Below, piece after piece: positions 48,256 to 55,139 of a stretch of 64,000 bases of DNA. Source of the stretch: a virus; the IMG/VR virus record IMGVR_UViG_3300028384_000422, positions 1 through 64,000 of that record; one strand, given 5' to 3'. Each line of letters begins with the position of its first letter. Within the stretch, counting starts at the first letter, position 1. Below the pieces are notes generated by a model, which saw only the letters and a program-made list of their open reading frames with translations, did not search any database and had not been told where the DNA came from. Made by a program: the position numbers and the translations under genes.

Positions 48256-48291
48256 TTAGTACAGAACCTGTTTCTGAACCTCTACAAGGTT

Positions 48292-48352
48292 ATTGTATCA
48301 TGTTTCTGATACTTTGTCAAGGGGTGCATTGTGACACTTTCGGAGGTGATCT
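48292..48352 (-). promoter_or_regulatory. Early promoter TTGACA-N17-TACAAT with upstream palindrome AGATCAC-N8-GTGTCAC
   Basis: -35 48315-48320, extended -10 48292-48297, palindrome 48331-48352. Confidence 0.8.
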
Positions 48353-48437
48353 GAGAGGGGTTGACATACGTTAGGAAGCGTGCTAAGACTACATCATGAG
48401 AGCACATTTAAGGGGAATAAAACACACAAACATGTTT

Positions 48438-48477
48438 TTTTCCACATTTCCACAGATTCCGCATATATTGTGGAAAA
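48438..48477. promoter_or_regulatory. Cluster of DnaA-box-like 9-mers (TTTTCCACA)
   Basis: Perfect TTTTCCACA at 48438-48446 (+) and 48469-48477 (-), ATTTCCACA at 48446-48454, degenerate GATTCCGCA at 48455-48463; intergenic. Confidence 0.6.
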
Positions 48478-48493
48478 GTATCATTTAGGGCGT

Positions 48494-48802
48494 TTACGGT
48501 TGTTTCTCTGAAATTCTATCATGTGATCTCGCCATGAATTGAATAGGATCGAAGTTAGTTCCTTCATTGTTAGTTTGATGTATTGGAGTTGTTCTAACAA
48601 TGTTGTGCCATTCTGATGAGTAGATGAGTAAACAGACGAAGTTTTGTTTGTGTCTGGAATGTTCTGCGATTTGTTTGGGTTTGTCATAAGTTCTGATGCA
48701 TAGAGTTATGTACTCTGGGGAGATAAAATTGATGAACCCTTTGTGTTCTTTCCAGGTGATGTATTCTCCTTGTTTGAAGTCATCAACGGTTAGATTTTTC
48801 AT
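48494..48802 (-). CDS. Hypothetical protein (102 aa)
   Basis: FKQGEYITWKEHKGFINFISPEYITLCI, beta-rich N-terminus; GAGG RBS. Confidence 0.7.
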   Translation of the reverse strand: MKNLTVDDFKQGEYITWKEHKGFINFISPEYITLCIRTYDKPKQIAEHSRHKQNFVCLLIYSSEWHNIVRTTPIHQTNNEGTNFDPIQFMARSHDRISEKQP

Positions 48803-48882
48803 ATGCCCTCATTTCAATATAAAGGTCGTAATCGTCTGGGGATAGGATATCATCCCAATCGCCATCATTGTCATCGTTGTAT

Positions 48883-49101
48883 TTACTTTGTTGAGGGATT
48901 TGTGAACTGTGAGAGAATGTCATCCAGTTGTTGTTTGAGTTCATTTCTGATAGTAATGAGGGAAGAATTGTAGAGATGTTTGTTGTCTGTTTTGTAGAGA
49001 GATTTTGTGAGTTGGTCTATACTATCGATAGCACGTTCAAGTTCAACGACGTGCTTATCTAGTTCCACTAATTCACTCCATTCGTATAAAACATGATGCA
49101 C
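48883..49101 (-). CDS. Hypothetical helical protein
   Basis: 72 aa with amphipathic heptads; GTG start overlaps the upstream stop. Confidence 0.6.
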   Translation of the reverse strand: MHHVLYEWSELVELDKHVVELERAIDSIDQLTKSLYKTDNKHLYNSSLITIRNELKQQLDDILSQFTNPSTK

Positions 49102-49238
49102 TATTCTTTACAGTAACTGTTATCTATTTTACATAGTTTTTGCAATTTTGCATCCTGAAGTTCTGAAACGTAGTTAATGACAGAAACACCGATGTTTGCA
49201 CCGATGATGATAACGAGGGCAGCGAGGAATAGTCTCAT
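49101..49238 (-). CDS. Small membrane protein (45 aa)
   Basis: MRLFLAALVIIIGANIGVSVINYVSELQDAKLQKLCKIDNSYCKE; ATGA overlap with the upstream ORF. Confidence 0.7.
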   Translation of the reverse strand: MRLFLAALVIIIGANIGVSVINYVSELQDAKLQKLCKIDNSYCKE

Positions 49239-49369
49239 TTGTTGATGTGAATGATTGAAACTTTGAGAGTTTTGGGATCTAGAACTTTGATGTATTTGGG
49301 TTGTTTAGTGTTAGGGATAGTTGTGAACTGATTGAACCCAACACGACGAACAATAGTAGGAGTTTGCAT
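49235..49369 (-). CDS. Small basic hypothetical protein (44 aa)
   Basis: MQTPTIVRRVGFNQFTTIPNTKQPKYIKVLDPKTLKVSIIHINK; TGATG coupling upstream and ATGA downstream. Confidence 0.6.
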   Translation of the reverse strand: MQTPTIVRRVGFNQFTTIPNTKQPKYIKVLDPKTLKVSIIHINK

Positions 49370-49506
49370 CAGAAAGTGATTTTAATTGTGTTGTCAGTGG
49401 GGCGGACGAATTCAGCAGCATCGTTGAGTACATCTGCTGTGAAGTGTCTCGCGTCGTTACTATTCCAGAGGAGAACGCCGATGATAGTGATGAGGACGAA
49501 TTTCAT
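49369..49506 (-). CDS. Small membrane-anchored protein (45 aa)
   Basis: MKFVLITIIGVLLWNSNDARHFTAD...; hydrophobic N-terminus. Confidence 0.7.
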   Translation of the reverse strand: MKFVLITIIGVLLWNSNDARHFTADVLNDAAEFVRPTDNTIKITF

Positions 49507-49596
49507 TGGAAAGTGATGCAAACAGGGGATGAAATATGTAGAGGGGAGGTCTCGCGGCAGGAGACACAATTATATAAACCCTCTGTTGTGAATGTA

Positions 49597-49920
49597 TCAG
49601 GCGAAGATATAACCTTGCTCGAATTCTCTCACGACGTTGTTATCACGAATGAACCACTCATAATTCTTCTGGAAAACACCATCAGTGACGCCATTACAGA
49701 ACTCATTGATGATAGCATTGAGACGAGATTTAGTTGTAGTTGTTTGCCAACCACCATCAAAGATCTCAAGGAAGTCATCACCCAAGACAGCAATTTTGTT
49801 ACCGTGAAGACGAACAATAGAGGTGTTGTTTTCTTCGTTGAAGTGAACAGAAGTGTTACCAGACTGCCAGTTCTTGTTGTTAGCGAGAGCAGCGTTCATT
49901 TGAGTTTCGATCTTACGCAT
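49597..49920 (-). CDS. Hypothetical early protein (107 aa)
   Basis: MRKIETQMNAAL...VRLHGNKIA...DGGWQTTTTKSRLNAI; ATG at 49920 lies downstream of the promoter. Confidence 0.8.
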   Translation of the reverse strand: MRKIETQMNAALANNKNWQSGNTSVHFNEENNTSIVRLHGNKIAVLGDDFLEIFDGGWQTTTTKSRLNAIINEFCNGVTDGVFQKNYEWFIRDNNVVREFEQGYIFA

Positions 49921-49977
49921 GATGAGAGAGTTGAGTGAATGTTTGGTGGGGTTGGTTTCCCTCCCCCTGATGTCTTT

Positions 49978-50035
49978 ATTATAGGGCATAGGCGGGCGCT
50001 GTATACCACCTGTGTGCCAGTTTGTTGACTGTCCT
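49978..50035 (-). promoter_or_regulatory. Early promoter TATACA-N16-TATAAT with palindrome AGGACAG-N8-CTGGCAC
   Basis: -10 49978-49983, -35 50000-50005, palindrome 50014-50035. Confidence 0.75.
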
Positions 50036-50201
50036 AGTGTCGATCAGAAATGTTCCACACGCCTGCGGGTGATGGATACGCCTGCCAATTACGCTTGGAG
50101 AGTGATTCTAATGCTGCCATGATTGCAGGATCTTTGAGACAATTGGGAGAGACTTTCACAGCACCGTTGTACAACGGAATGAGGTTAGTTTTTTCTTTCA
50201 T
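50034..50201 (-). CDS. Hypothetical protein (55 aa)
   Basis: MKEKTNLIPLYNGAVKVSPNCLKDPAIMAAL...WNISDRH; starts 1 nt after the upstream stop. Confidence 0.65.
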   Translation of the reverse strand: MKEKTNLIPLYNGAVKVSPNCLKDPAIMAALESLSKRNWQAYPSPAGVWNISDRH

Positions 50202-50202
50202 A

Positions 50203-50364
50203 TCACATACCATTGAGAAAATCGTGAAGTGCTTCTTCATACTCTTCATAAGAAGAATAGCGATCACGCATAGAAGCGGGAATCTCTTTTTTAGCAGGTT
50301 TGTAACACTCTCGAACAGTGTAACCTTTGGATTCGATGTAATCAGTCAGATAGTTGTTTTGCAT
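50203..50364 (-). CDS. Hypothetical protein (53 aa)
   Basis: MQNNYLTDYIESKGYTVRECYKPAKKEIPASMRDRYSSYEEYEEALHDFLNGM; fills the gap exactly. Confidence 0.7.
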   Translation of the reverse strand: MQNNYLTDYIESKGYTVRECYKPAKKEIPASMRDRYSSYEEYEEALHDFLNGM

Positions 50365-50379
50365 AATTCTTGTTAGTTA

Positions 50380-50610
50380 TCAGGCGAAGTTGTATTCGGT
50401 GCAGTTACGATTGTCGCAAGATTCCCAGGCATCATAGAACATATCCCATGCTTTATTATCACAAACAAAGGAGGAACAATCTGCCATTTCACATACCCAA
50501 TCGTATGCCATATCTGCATCAGCGTTAGTATCATCAACGAAGGCAGAAAGTTGCGCGATTGCATCAACAAATGCAGAATCTTCGATGAGTGATTGGAACT
50601 GATTTTTCAT
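50380..50610 (-). CDS. Acidic hypothetical protein (76 aa)
   Basis: MKNQFQSLIEDSAF...DMAYDWVCEMADC...WDMFYDAW; first gene after a promoter. Confidence 0.75.
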   Translation of the reverse strand: MKNQFQSLIEDSAFVDAIAQLSAFVDDTNADADMAYDWVCEMADCSSFVCDNKAWDMFYDAWESCDNRNCTEYNFA

Positions 50611-50637
50611 GTTGTTTGCTTTGTTTTTCATACTAGT

Positions 50638-50696
50638 AGTATGGCACAGATTTGGGCATTTTTCAAGGGGTGTTGTGCCAGTTTGTCAACTGGTTT
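50638..50696 (-). promoter_or_regulatory. Early promoter TTGAAA-N17-CATACT with palindrome AAACCAG-N8-CTGGCAC
   Basis: -10 50638-50643, -35 50661-50666, palindrome 50675-50696. Confidence 0.75.
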
Positions 50697-50719
50697 TTTA
50701 CCCCTTGATTTCTCTACAC

Positions 50720-51082
50720 TCACATGTAAAGATAACCGCCTGACCAATCACAACGGGCGAAACATTCTTCGCGGGAGTTATCATCTAGCAGTGTGAAGCG
50801 GATGTGCTTAGCGGGCGCTTTCCATGATGCTGGTTTATACACAGCACCAAACTTCTTCTCTACAAATGCATGAACAGACTTAGAACCGTTCTCACATTCC
50901 ATCACAATTTTGTGATACTTTCTACCACTTTCAATGTAAAACTTGTAGTCCAGTTTTCTACCACCTTTGTAGAAATCTTGGGTCAATGCTTCACAAAGCA
51001 TTTCAGAGTACTTGAGAACGAGTGCGAGATTGTCCATGCGTTGTTGTTGAGTAGCGGCGAAATCAGCGAAGGATTGTTTCAT
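50720..51082 (-). CDS. Conserved phage hypothetical protein (120 aa)
   Basis: GRKYHKIV...SVHAFVE...GAVYKPASWKAPAKHIRF, a motif typical of T4-like phage early regions. Confidence 0.8.
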   Translation of the reverse strand: MKQSFADFAATQQQRMDNLALVLKYSEMLCEALTQDFYKGGRKLDYKFYIESGRKYHKIVMECENGSKSVHAFVEKKFGAVYKPASWKAPAKHIRFTLLDDNSREECFARCDWSGGYLYM

Positions 51083-51085
51083 AAA

Positions 51086-51358
51086 TCAACCCACACATGC
51101 CATGGGAGCATACTCTTCACGAGGCATTTTGTCGGTGTTGTAGTCAGTAACCTCAGCACCCTTAGCAATACGCGAAGCAACCTCATGTTTGAAGTCAGTT
51201 GCACCAATAACGCTGTAGGATTTCATACCATTAGCACGGAAAGTGACACGCTTGATGAAACGTTTGACGACAACTTTCATGCCCTTAACTTCACATGCCT
51301 CAGCAATAAATGCCTCAGGGAAGAAGTCAACAATGGTGGCGGAGTTAGTAAGTTGCAT
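51086..51358 (-). CDS. Hypothetical early protein (90 aa)
   Basis: First gene after a promoter; AAGGA RBS. Confidence 0.78.
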   Translation of the reverse strand: MQLTNSATIVDFFPEAFIAEACEVKGMKVVVKRFIKRVTFRANGMKSYSVIGATDFKHEVASRIAKGAEVTDYNTDKMPREEYAPMACVG

Positions 51359-51383
51359 TTGGTGCTGTTCCTTTGACTCTTAT

Positions 51384-51441
51384 AGAATACACGAGATTGA
51401 CGCGGAATCAACCAGTAGTGGACACTTTGACCAACTGGCAC
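51384..51441 (-). promoter_or_regulatory. Early promoter TTGATT-N16-TATTCT with palindrome GTGCCAG-N9-GTGTCCAC
   Basis: -10 51384-51389, -35 51406-51411, palindrome 51418-51441. Confidence 0.72.
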
Positions 51442-51450
51442 ACGCGGAGT

Positions 51451-51690
51451 TTAATTCTCTTCTCTCTCCTCTGTAAGATCAGGAGCGAAGATAAACTCAA
51501 AGTCAACATCTTGAGGATCTACACCATCAACAACCCACTCTTCATAGCAGGCGCAAGCATCAAACTTGTCACCATTTTCAGCATTGTTTACCATAGAACG
51601 AAAGTACAATTGTGCCATCTGATCGATCATATGATCACGATCATTGGTGTTGTCGTTGTGGCAAAAGAGATCGAGAGTTGTGTCAAACAT
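51451..51690 (-). CDS. Acidic hypothetical protein (79 aa)
   Basis: ORF track; operon-like packing. Confidence 0.7.
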   Translation of the reverse strand: MFDTTLDLFCHNDNTNDRDHMIDQMAQLYFRSMVNNAENGDKFDACACYEEWVVDGVDPQDVDFEFIFAPDLTEEREEN

Positions 51691-51692
51691 GA

Positions 51693-51905
51693 TTATTCAG
51701 AAAGAGGGGATTCGCGTTTGCAAATTGAGTTTTTACCTTTTAATACGTCATCGACGTAGTTACTAACGGGATTGCGTGGTTTCATCAATTCTCTCATGGT
51801 TTCTTCGTCCAGAGAGTATTCTAAACCCAGATCTTCGTTGAACCAAAAGTCCTGCCAATCCTCGGGTAAGTCAGTAACATCTTCGATGTTCTTTTTATCA
51901 GTCAT
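51693..51905 (-). CDS. Acidic hypothetical protein (70 aa)
   Basis: ORF track; overlaps the upstream stop. Confidence 0.65.
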   Translation of the reverse strand: MTDKKNIEDVTDLPEDWQDFWFNEDLGLEYSLDEETMRELMKPRNPVSNYVDDVLKGKNSICKRESPLSE

Positions 51906-52074
51906 TTTTTACATTTAGTGTTTGTTGCATTGTGATACCACGAGCAGCAAAAGCATCCGAGACGATACCACATAGCGCAGTGATTTCAAAATTACTCAGT
52001 TCCCAAACATCTCCCACAAGTTCAATTTGTTCCTGAATTTCGTTGCTGAGTTGTAGTGCTTCAAAGTTGTTCAT
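51898..52074 (-). CDS. Hypothetical protein (58 aa)
   Basis: MNNFEALQLSNEIQEQIELVGDVWELSNFEITALCGIVSDAFAARGITMQQTLNVKND; ATGA coupling. Confidence 0.7.
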   Translation of the reverse strand: MNNFEALQLSNEIQEQIELVGDVWELSNFEITALCGIVSDAFAARGITMQQTLNVKND

Positions 52075-52259
52075 TTTAGTGCTTCAACCTCGTAACGAAT
52101 TTGGTTTGGATAGGTTTTTTGTGCCCATTTTAGCACTCGATTGTTTTGTGCTTTGATGCCCTTATGTGTTGTTGGTTTGGTGGGCATTGTCCGAGAGACT
52201 TGCATCATTGTGAACTCATCATAGAGTCGCACGAGATACGTTTGAGTGTTACTTTTCAT
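52071..52259 (-). CDS. Basic hypothetical protein (62 aa)
   Basis: ORF track; coupled to the downstream ORF. Confidence 0.7.
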   Translation of the reverse strand: MKSNTQTYLVRLYDEFTMMQVSRTMPTKPTTHKGIKAQNNRVLKWAQKTYPNQIRYEVEALK

Positions 52260-52268
52260 AGGTCGAAA

Positions 52269-52475
52269 TTACCCTCCGAAGTTGTCATCCATAAAGGCAG
52301 AGTCTTGTCCGATTCCATCATCATCACCGAACATTTCACGCCAGAGATCCATCGACCCAGTTTTTTCAGCAACAATTTTGGTGTTTTCAATGAAGTCATC
52401 AGTGTTAGATAGTGCGAGAATTTCGGGACCTGAGAGAGTAGAGCAGATGCGACCGTTTGGACCTTTGAAAAGCAT
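52269..52475 (-). CDS. Hypothetical protein (68 aa)
   Basis: ATG at 52475 (MLFKGPNGRIC) after an AAGGA RBS and a promoter. Confidence 0.7.
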   Translation of the reverse strand: MLFKGPNGRICSTLSGPEILALSNTDDFIENTKIVAEKTGSMDLWREMFGDDDGIGQDSAFMDDNFGG

Positions 52476-52499
52476 GTGTGGTGTTCCTTTGACTCTTAT

Positions 52500-52557
52500 A
52501 CAATACACGATTTTAAGGCACCTACAAGCGCCTGTGTGGCGCTTTGTCAGGTGTCAC
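52500..52557 (-). promoter_or_regulatory. Early promoter TTGTAG-N16-TATTGT with palindrome GTGACAC-N8-GCGCCAC
   Basis: -10 52500-52505, -35 52522-52527, palindrome 52536-52557. Confidence 0.7.
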
Positions 52558-52591
52558 AGTATCAGAAGACCGTTGTCCATTGTTTATGCTT

Positions 52592-52732
52592 TCATTGTGC
52601 GAGATTCCAGAAACGTTGAGAAGCGATTGTTGCCTGTTGTTCAATAGGCAATTCAGGATATTCTTCCTGAACTTGTTCAAAAAGAGATTCCATGATCTCT
52701 TCGTTTGTGTTACATGACATAAGTTTTTCCAT
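52592..52732 (-). CDS. Acidic hypothetical protein (46 aa)
   Basis: MEKLMSCNTNEEIMESLFEQVQEEYPELPIEQQATIASQRFWNLAQ; TGATG coupling. Confidence 0.68.
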   Translation of the reverse strand: MEKLMSCNTNEEIMESLFEQVQEEYPELPIEQQATIASQRFWNLAQ

Positions 52733-52920
52733 CAGAAAGGGTTGCTCCATGTCTCGTACTGTTTCAGGGTGATGTCACCACTCTTGCAGAGCATATCAGT
52801 GAAGTTACCGAACGCAATACGCTTGCGAATCTTATCACTTTTGTAGGAAGGATTGGCGAGACATTCCACCTTCCAGTTGTAGCGGAACTGTTCGAGAACT
52901 TGTGCTTTTGTGTGGCGCAT
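52732..52920 (-). CDS. Hypothetical early protein (62 aa)
   Basis: MRHTKAQVLEQFRYNWKV...FTDMLCKSGDITLKQYETWSNPF. Confidence 0.78.
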   Translation of the reverse strand: MRHTKAQVLEQFRYNWKVECLANPSYKSDKIRKRIAFGNFTDMLCKSGDITLKQYETWSNPF

Positions 52921-52944
52921 GGTTGATTGCTTGACTATGAACAT

Positions 52945-53003
52945 AGTATGACACGGAATCGGACCCAATGGGGCGATCAGTGGACACTTTGACCAACTGG
53001 CAC
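52945..53003 (-). promoter_or_regulatory. Early promoter cassette (CATACT -10, poor -35) with palindrome GTGCCAG-N9-GTGTCCAC
   Basis: -10 52945-52950; palindrome 52980-53003 is identical to 51418-51441. Confidence 0.65.
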
Positions 53004-53005
53004 AG

Positions 53006-53206
53006 TCACCCCCAGATTTCCATATACTCTTCTAGGGTAAAATGTTCATCAGTTGATGTCTCTTCGATGATTTCTTCGATTGACATGTTAATCAAGTCCT
53101 CACGATATTCTTCGGGAGTTTGATCATCAGGATCATAATCATCATGGCAGAGATATTCCCACTCTGCCACGATTGCATCGATGAGTTGTGCTTTTGTGTA
53201 GTTCAT
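53006..53206 (-). CDS. Highly acidic hypothetical protein (66 aa)
   Basis: 21 D/E versus 2 K/R. Confidence 0.75.
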   Translation of the reverse strand: MNYTKAQLIDAIVAEWEYLCHDDYDPDDQTPEEYREDLINMSIEEIIEETSTDEHFTLEEYMEIWG

Positions 53207-53208
53207 AA

Positions 53209-54450
53209 TCAGCAGTAGGCAAGAGGAGGAACGCCCTCCAAGAATATTTGATTGACAACATTTTGCAAACGTTGTGCAATAGCGTTGCCCATTTTGTAAC
53301 CGATAGGCATACTCACAATGCCCTCACTTTTCTTGTAAAGATGAAACGCACCAGCAGGAATACGTCCCTCAGCAACAGCAGCGCGATCATCTTTATGAAC
53401 ACGGATAACACGACCGATTGTCTGTGCCATCTCAACGATGGGAAGATTACGGAGGAGAATAGTGTGAGTCAACCCAGGCACATTGATGCCCTCACTGAGA
53501 ATAGAATAGTGGAAGATCACAAACCTTTTAGTGTCATCAGCACCCCAAGACTGGAGCACGTTGAAGAACTCTTCGCGACCAACTTTCTTGCCGTTGATGA
53601 TAGCACCGAACTTGCTGGTGATGTGCATCACGTCATAACCATTGTTCTTGAAATACTCAAGAATGTCAGTCTGTCCGAGCATATTACCCAGCACTTTGCT
53701 GGATGGTGCAGACACCAAAACTTTGGGGTTCTGAGCATCATCGAGTTGCTCAAACATATCCTTCAAGTTGTCAGCATCAACATCGTGTGCATTATGCTTA
53801 GTGCGAATACGATTGGTCTCAAACGGTACAACTTTAGGGGGAACGATTGCACCACTAGCGATGAGTTCCTGTGCAGGAACATTGCAGAGAGTGCCACCCC
53901 AAACATCGGTGTTATTCATGCCGCGAGCAACACTTACACCACGACCAGTTTTAGGTGTTGCAGTGAAATAATACCTGCGCTTAGCATACTGAGCAGTAGC
54001 AAAGACGCTACGGAAGAAACTTTTTGCGGTGCCATTGTGTGCTTCATCAAAATAAATGGTGTCGATATTGATACCACTATCTACAACGCGGTGCAGAGAA
54101 TGGTAGGTTGTGAATATAATGCAGGACTCACTCGCTGCCCACGCAGTGTTAGAGAACAGAGCAATCTTATCACTCTTAGTGCTACTGAAATAGTGCGTTT
54201 CACCACTGTGAGCATGACAAACATGCGTCCAAGTTGCGCTCACAAACTGCATAAACTCTTCGCACAATTGATTAGCGAGGAGAATACGCGGAGCAACTAC
54301 AACAATAGTTTTACGACCAGACTTTAGTTGGTTGATTGTATCGGCAATCATGATATAGGTCTTGCCGCCACCAGTAGGAACGATGATTTGACCTGCATTG
54401 TTTGCTTGCATAGCATCAAATGCACGTTGCTGATGAGGACGAAGGTTCAT
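53209..54450 (-). CDS. Superfamily 2 DExH-box helicase/ATPase (ResIII-like)
   Basis: Q motif LRPHQ, Walker A PTGGGKT, FDEAH, TAT, LSEGINVP, QTIGRVIR. Confidence 0.9.
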   Translation of the reverse strand: MNLRPHQQRAFDAMQANNAGQIIVPTGGGKTYIMIADTINQLKSGRKTIVVVAPRILLANQLCEEFMQFVSATWTHVCHAHSGETHYFSSTKSDKIALFSNTAWAASESCIIFTTYHSLHRVVDSGINIDTIYFDEAHNGTAKSFFRSVFATAQYAKRRYYFTATPKTGRGVSVARGMNNTDVWGGTLCNVPAQELIASGAIVPPKVVPFETNRIRTKHNAHDVDADNLKDMFEQLDDAQNPKVLVSAPSSKVLGNMLGQTDILEYFKNNGYDVMHITSKFGAIINGKKVGREEFFNVLQSWGADDTKRFVIFHYSILSEGINVPGLTHTILLRNLPIVEMAQTIGRVIRVHKDDRAAVAEGRIPAGAFHLYKKSEGIVSMPIGYKMGNAIAQRLQNVVNQIFLEGVPPLAYC

Positions 54451-54472
54451 GTGATCGCTTGACTATGAATAT

Positions 54473-54530
54473 AGTATCGCATGAAAAAAGACCCCTGTCA
54501 AGGAGTCTGTGTCAGTTATGCAGGTGTCAC
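54473..54530 (-). promoter_or_regulatory. Early promoter TTGACA-N17-GATACT with palindrome GTGACAC-N8-CTGACAC
   Basis: -10 54473-54478, -35 54496-54501, palindrome 54509-54530. Confidence 0.78.
54484..54507 (-). terminator. Rho-independent terminator overlapping the promoter
   Basis: GACTCC-TTGACA-GGGGTC-TTTTTT. Confidence 0.75.
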
Positions 54531-54671
54531 ATCCCACTCATCCGTGGGCACCATTGTTTTAATTACATGCTCAACATTGTCAATGCCGTAAACAATAACT
54601 GATTGTTTTGAAGTGAATCCATTGACTTTCTTTTGTCGTCTCCATGATACACGCCAGCGATCTTTGCTCAT
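54516..54671 (-). CDS. Hypothetical protein (51 aa)
   Basis: MSKDRWRVSWRRQKKVNGFTSKQSVIVYGIDNVEHVIKTMVPTDEWDVTPA; ATGA coupling. Confidence 0.68.
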   Translation of the reverse strand: MSKDRWRVSWRRQKKVNGFTSKQSVIVYGIDNVEHVIKTMVPTDEWDVTPA

Positions 54672-54856
54672 GATTTAATCTCCCAGTCAGGATCATTTTT
54701 AGGGTGAACCCATAGTTCCATTCCACTATTGGGATGGTACAAGTGCCATTTATCTTTGCGATCAGTCACATAGGCATAAGGATCACGTCTCAAATCATAG
54801 GTGAAGATCTTGTTTGCCATGCGACTTTTCGCAATTAACTTAACACGAGATGCCAT
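54668..54856 (-). CDS. Hypothetical protein (62 aa)
   Basis: ORF track; GAGG RBS; LWVHPKNDPDWEI C-terminus. Confidence 0.7.
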   Translation of the reverse strand: MASRVKLIAKSRMANKIFTYDLRRDPYAYVTDRKDKWHLYHPNSGMELWVHPKNDPDWEIKS

Positions 54857-54962
54857 CGATTACCTCTGATTCTTCACCTAATACGGATGCAATCCAATCA
54901 TCTTCAGGTGCTTGAACCATGTCATGTTCATCCCATTCGATGTCAAATTCTTCATTGTACAT
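54840..54962 (-). CDS. Highly acidic peptide (40 aa)
   Basis: MYNEEFDIEWDEHDMVQAPEDDWIASVLGEESEVIDGISC; GGAGG upstream. Confidence 0.6.
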   Translation of the reverse strand: MYNEEFDIEWDEHDMVQAPEDDWIASVLGEESEVIDGISC

Positions 54963-55122
54963 ACTGTCCAAAACCTCCACGTTGTTCAATGTTTGCACGG
55001 CGTTCAACATCAAGAAATTGACGCCTTTTCTTTTTCAGTGTGTGAATCTCATCCTCAGTATAGTTCTCAGGATGCTTTAAGCAATGGTTGATTTGTTTCG
55101 TTAGTTTCTTTAGCGATGACAT
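54952..55122 (-). CDS. Basic hypothetical protein (56 aa)
   Basis: MSSLKKLTKQINHCLKHPENYTEDEIHTLKKKRRQFLDVERRANIEQRGGFGQYVQ. Confidence 0.68.
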   Translation of the reverse strand: MSSLKKLTKQINHCLKHPENYTEDEIHTLKKKRRQFLDVERRANIEQRGGFGQYVQ

Positions 55123-55139
55123 TGTTAATATACACGGGG

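Noticed and set aside
48481-48687. 68-aa alternate-frame ORF overlapping 48494..48802
   Set aside because: Mostly nested in a better-supported ORF; only a short 3' part (MKELTSILF...) could be real and it has no support.
53248-54327. 359-aa plus-strand ORF opposite the helicase
   Set aside because: Lies wholly antisense to a gene with complete SF2 motifs, has no recognisable motif, and is explained by codon bias.
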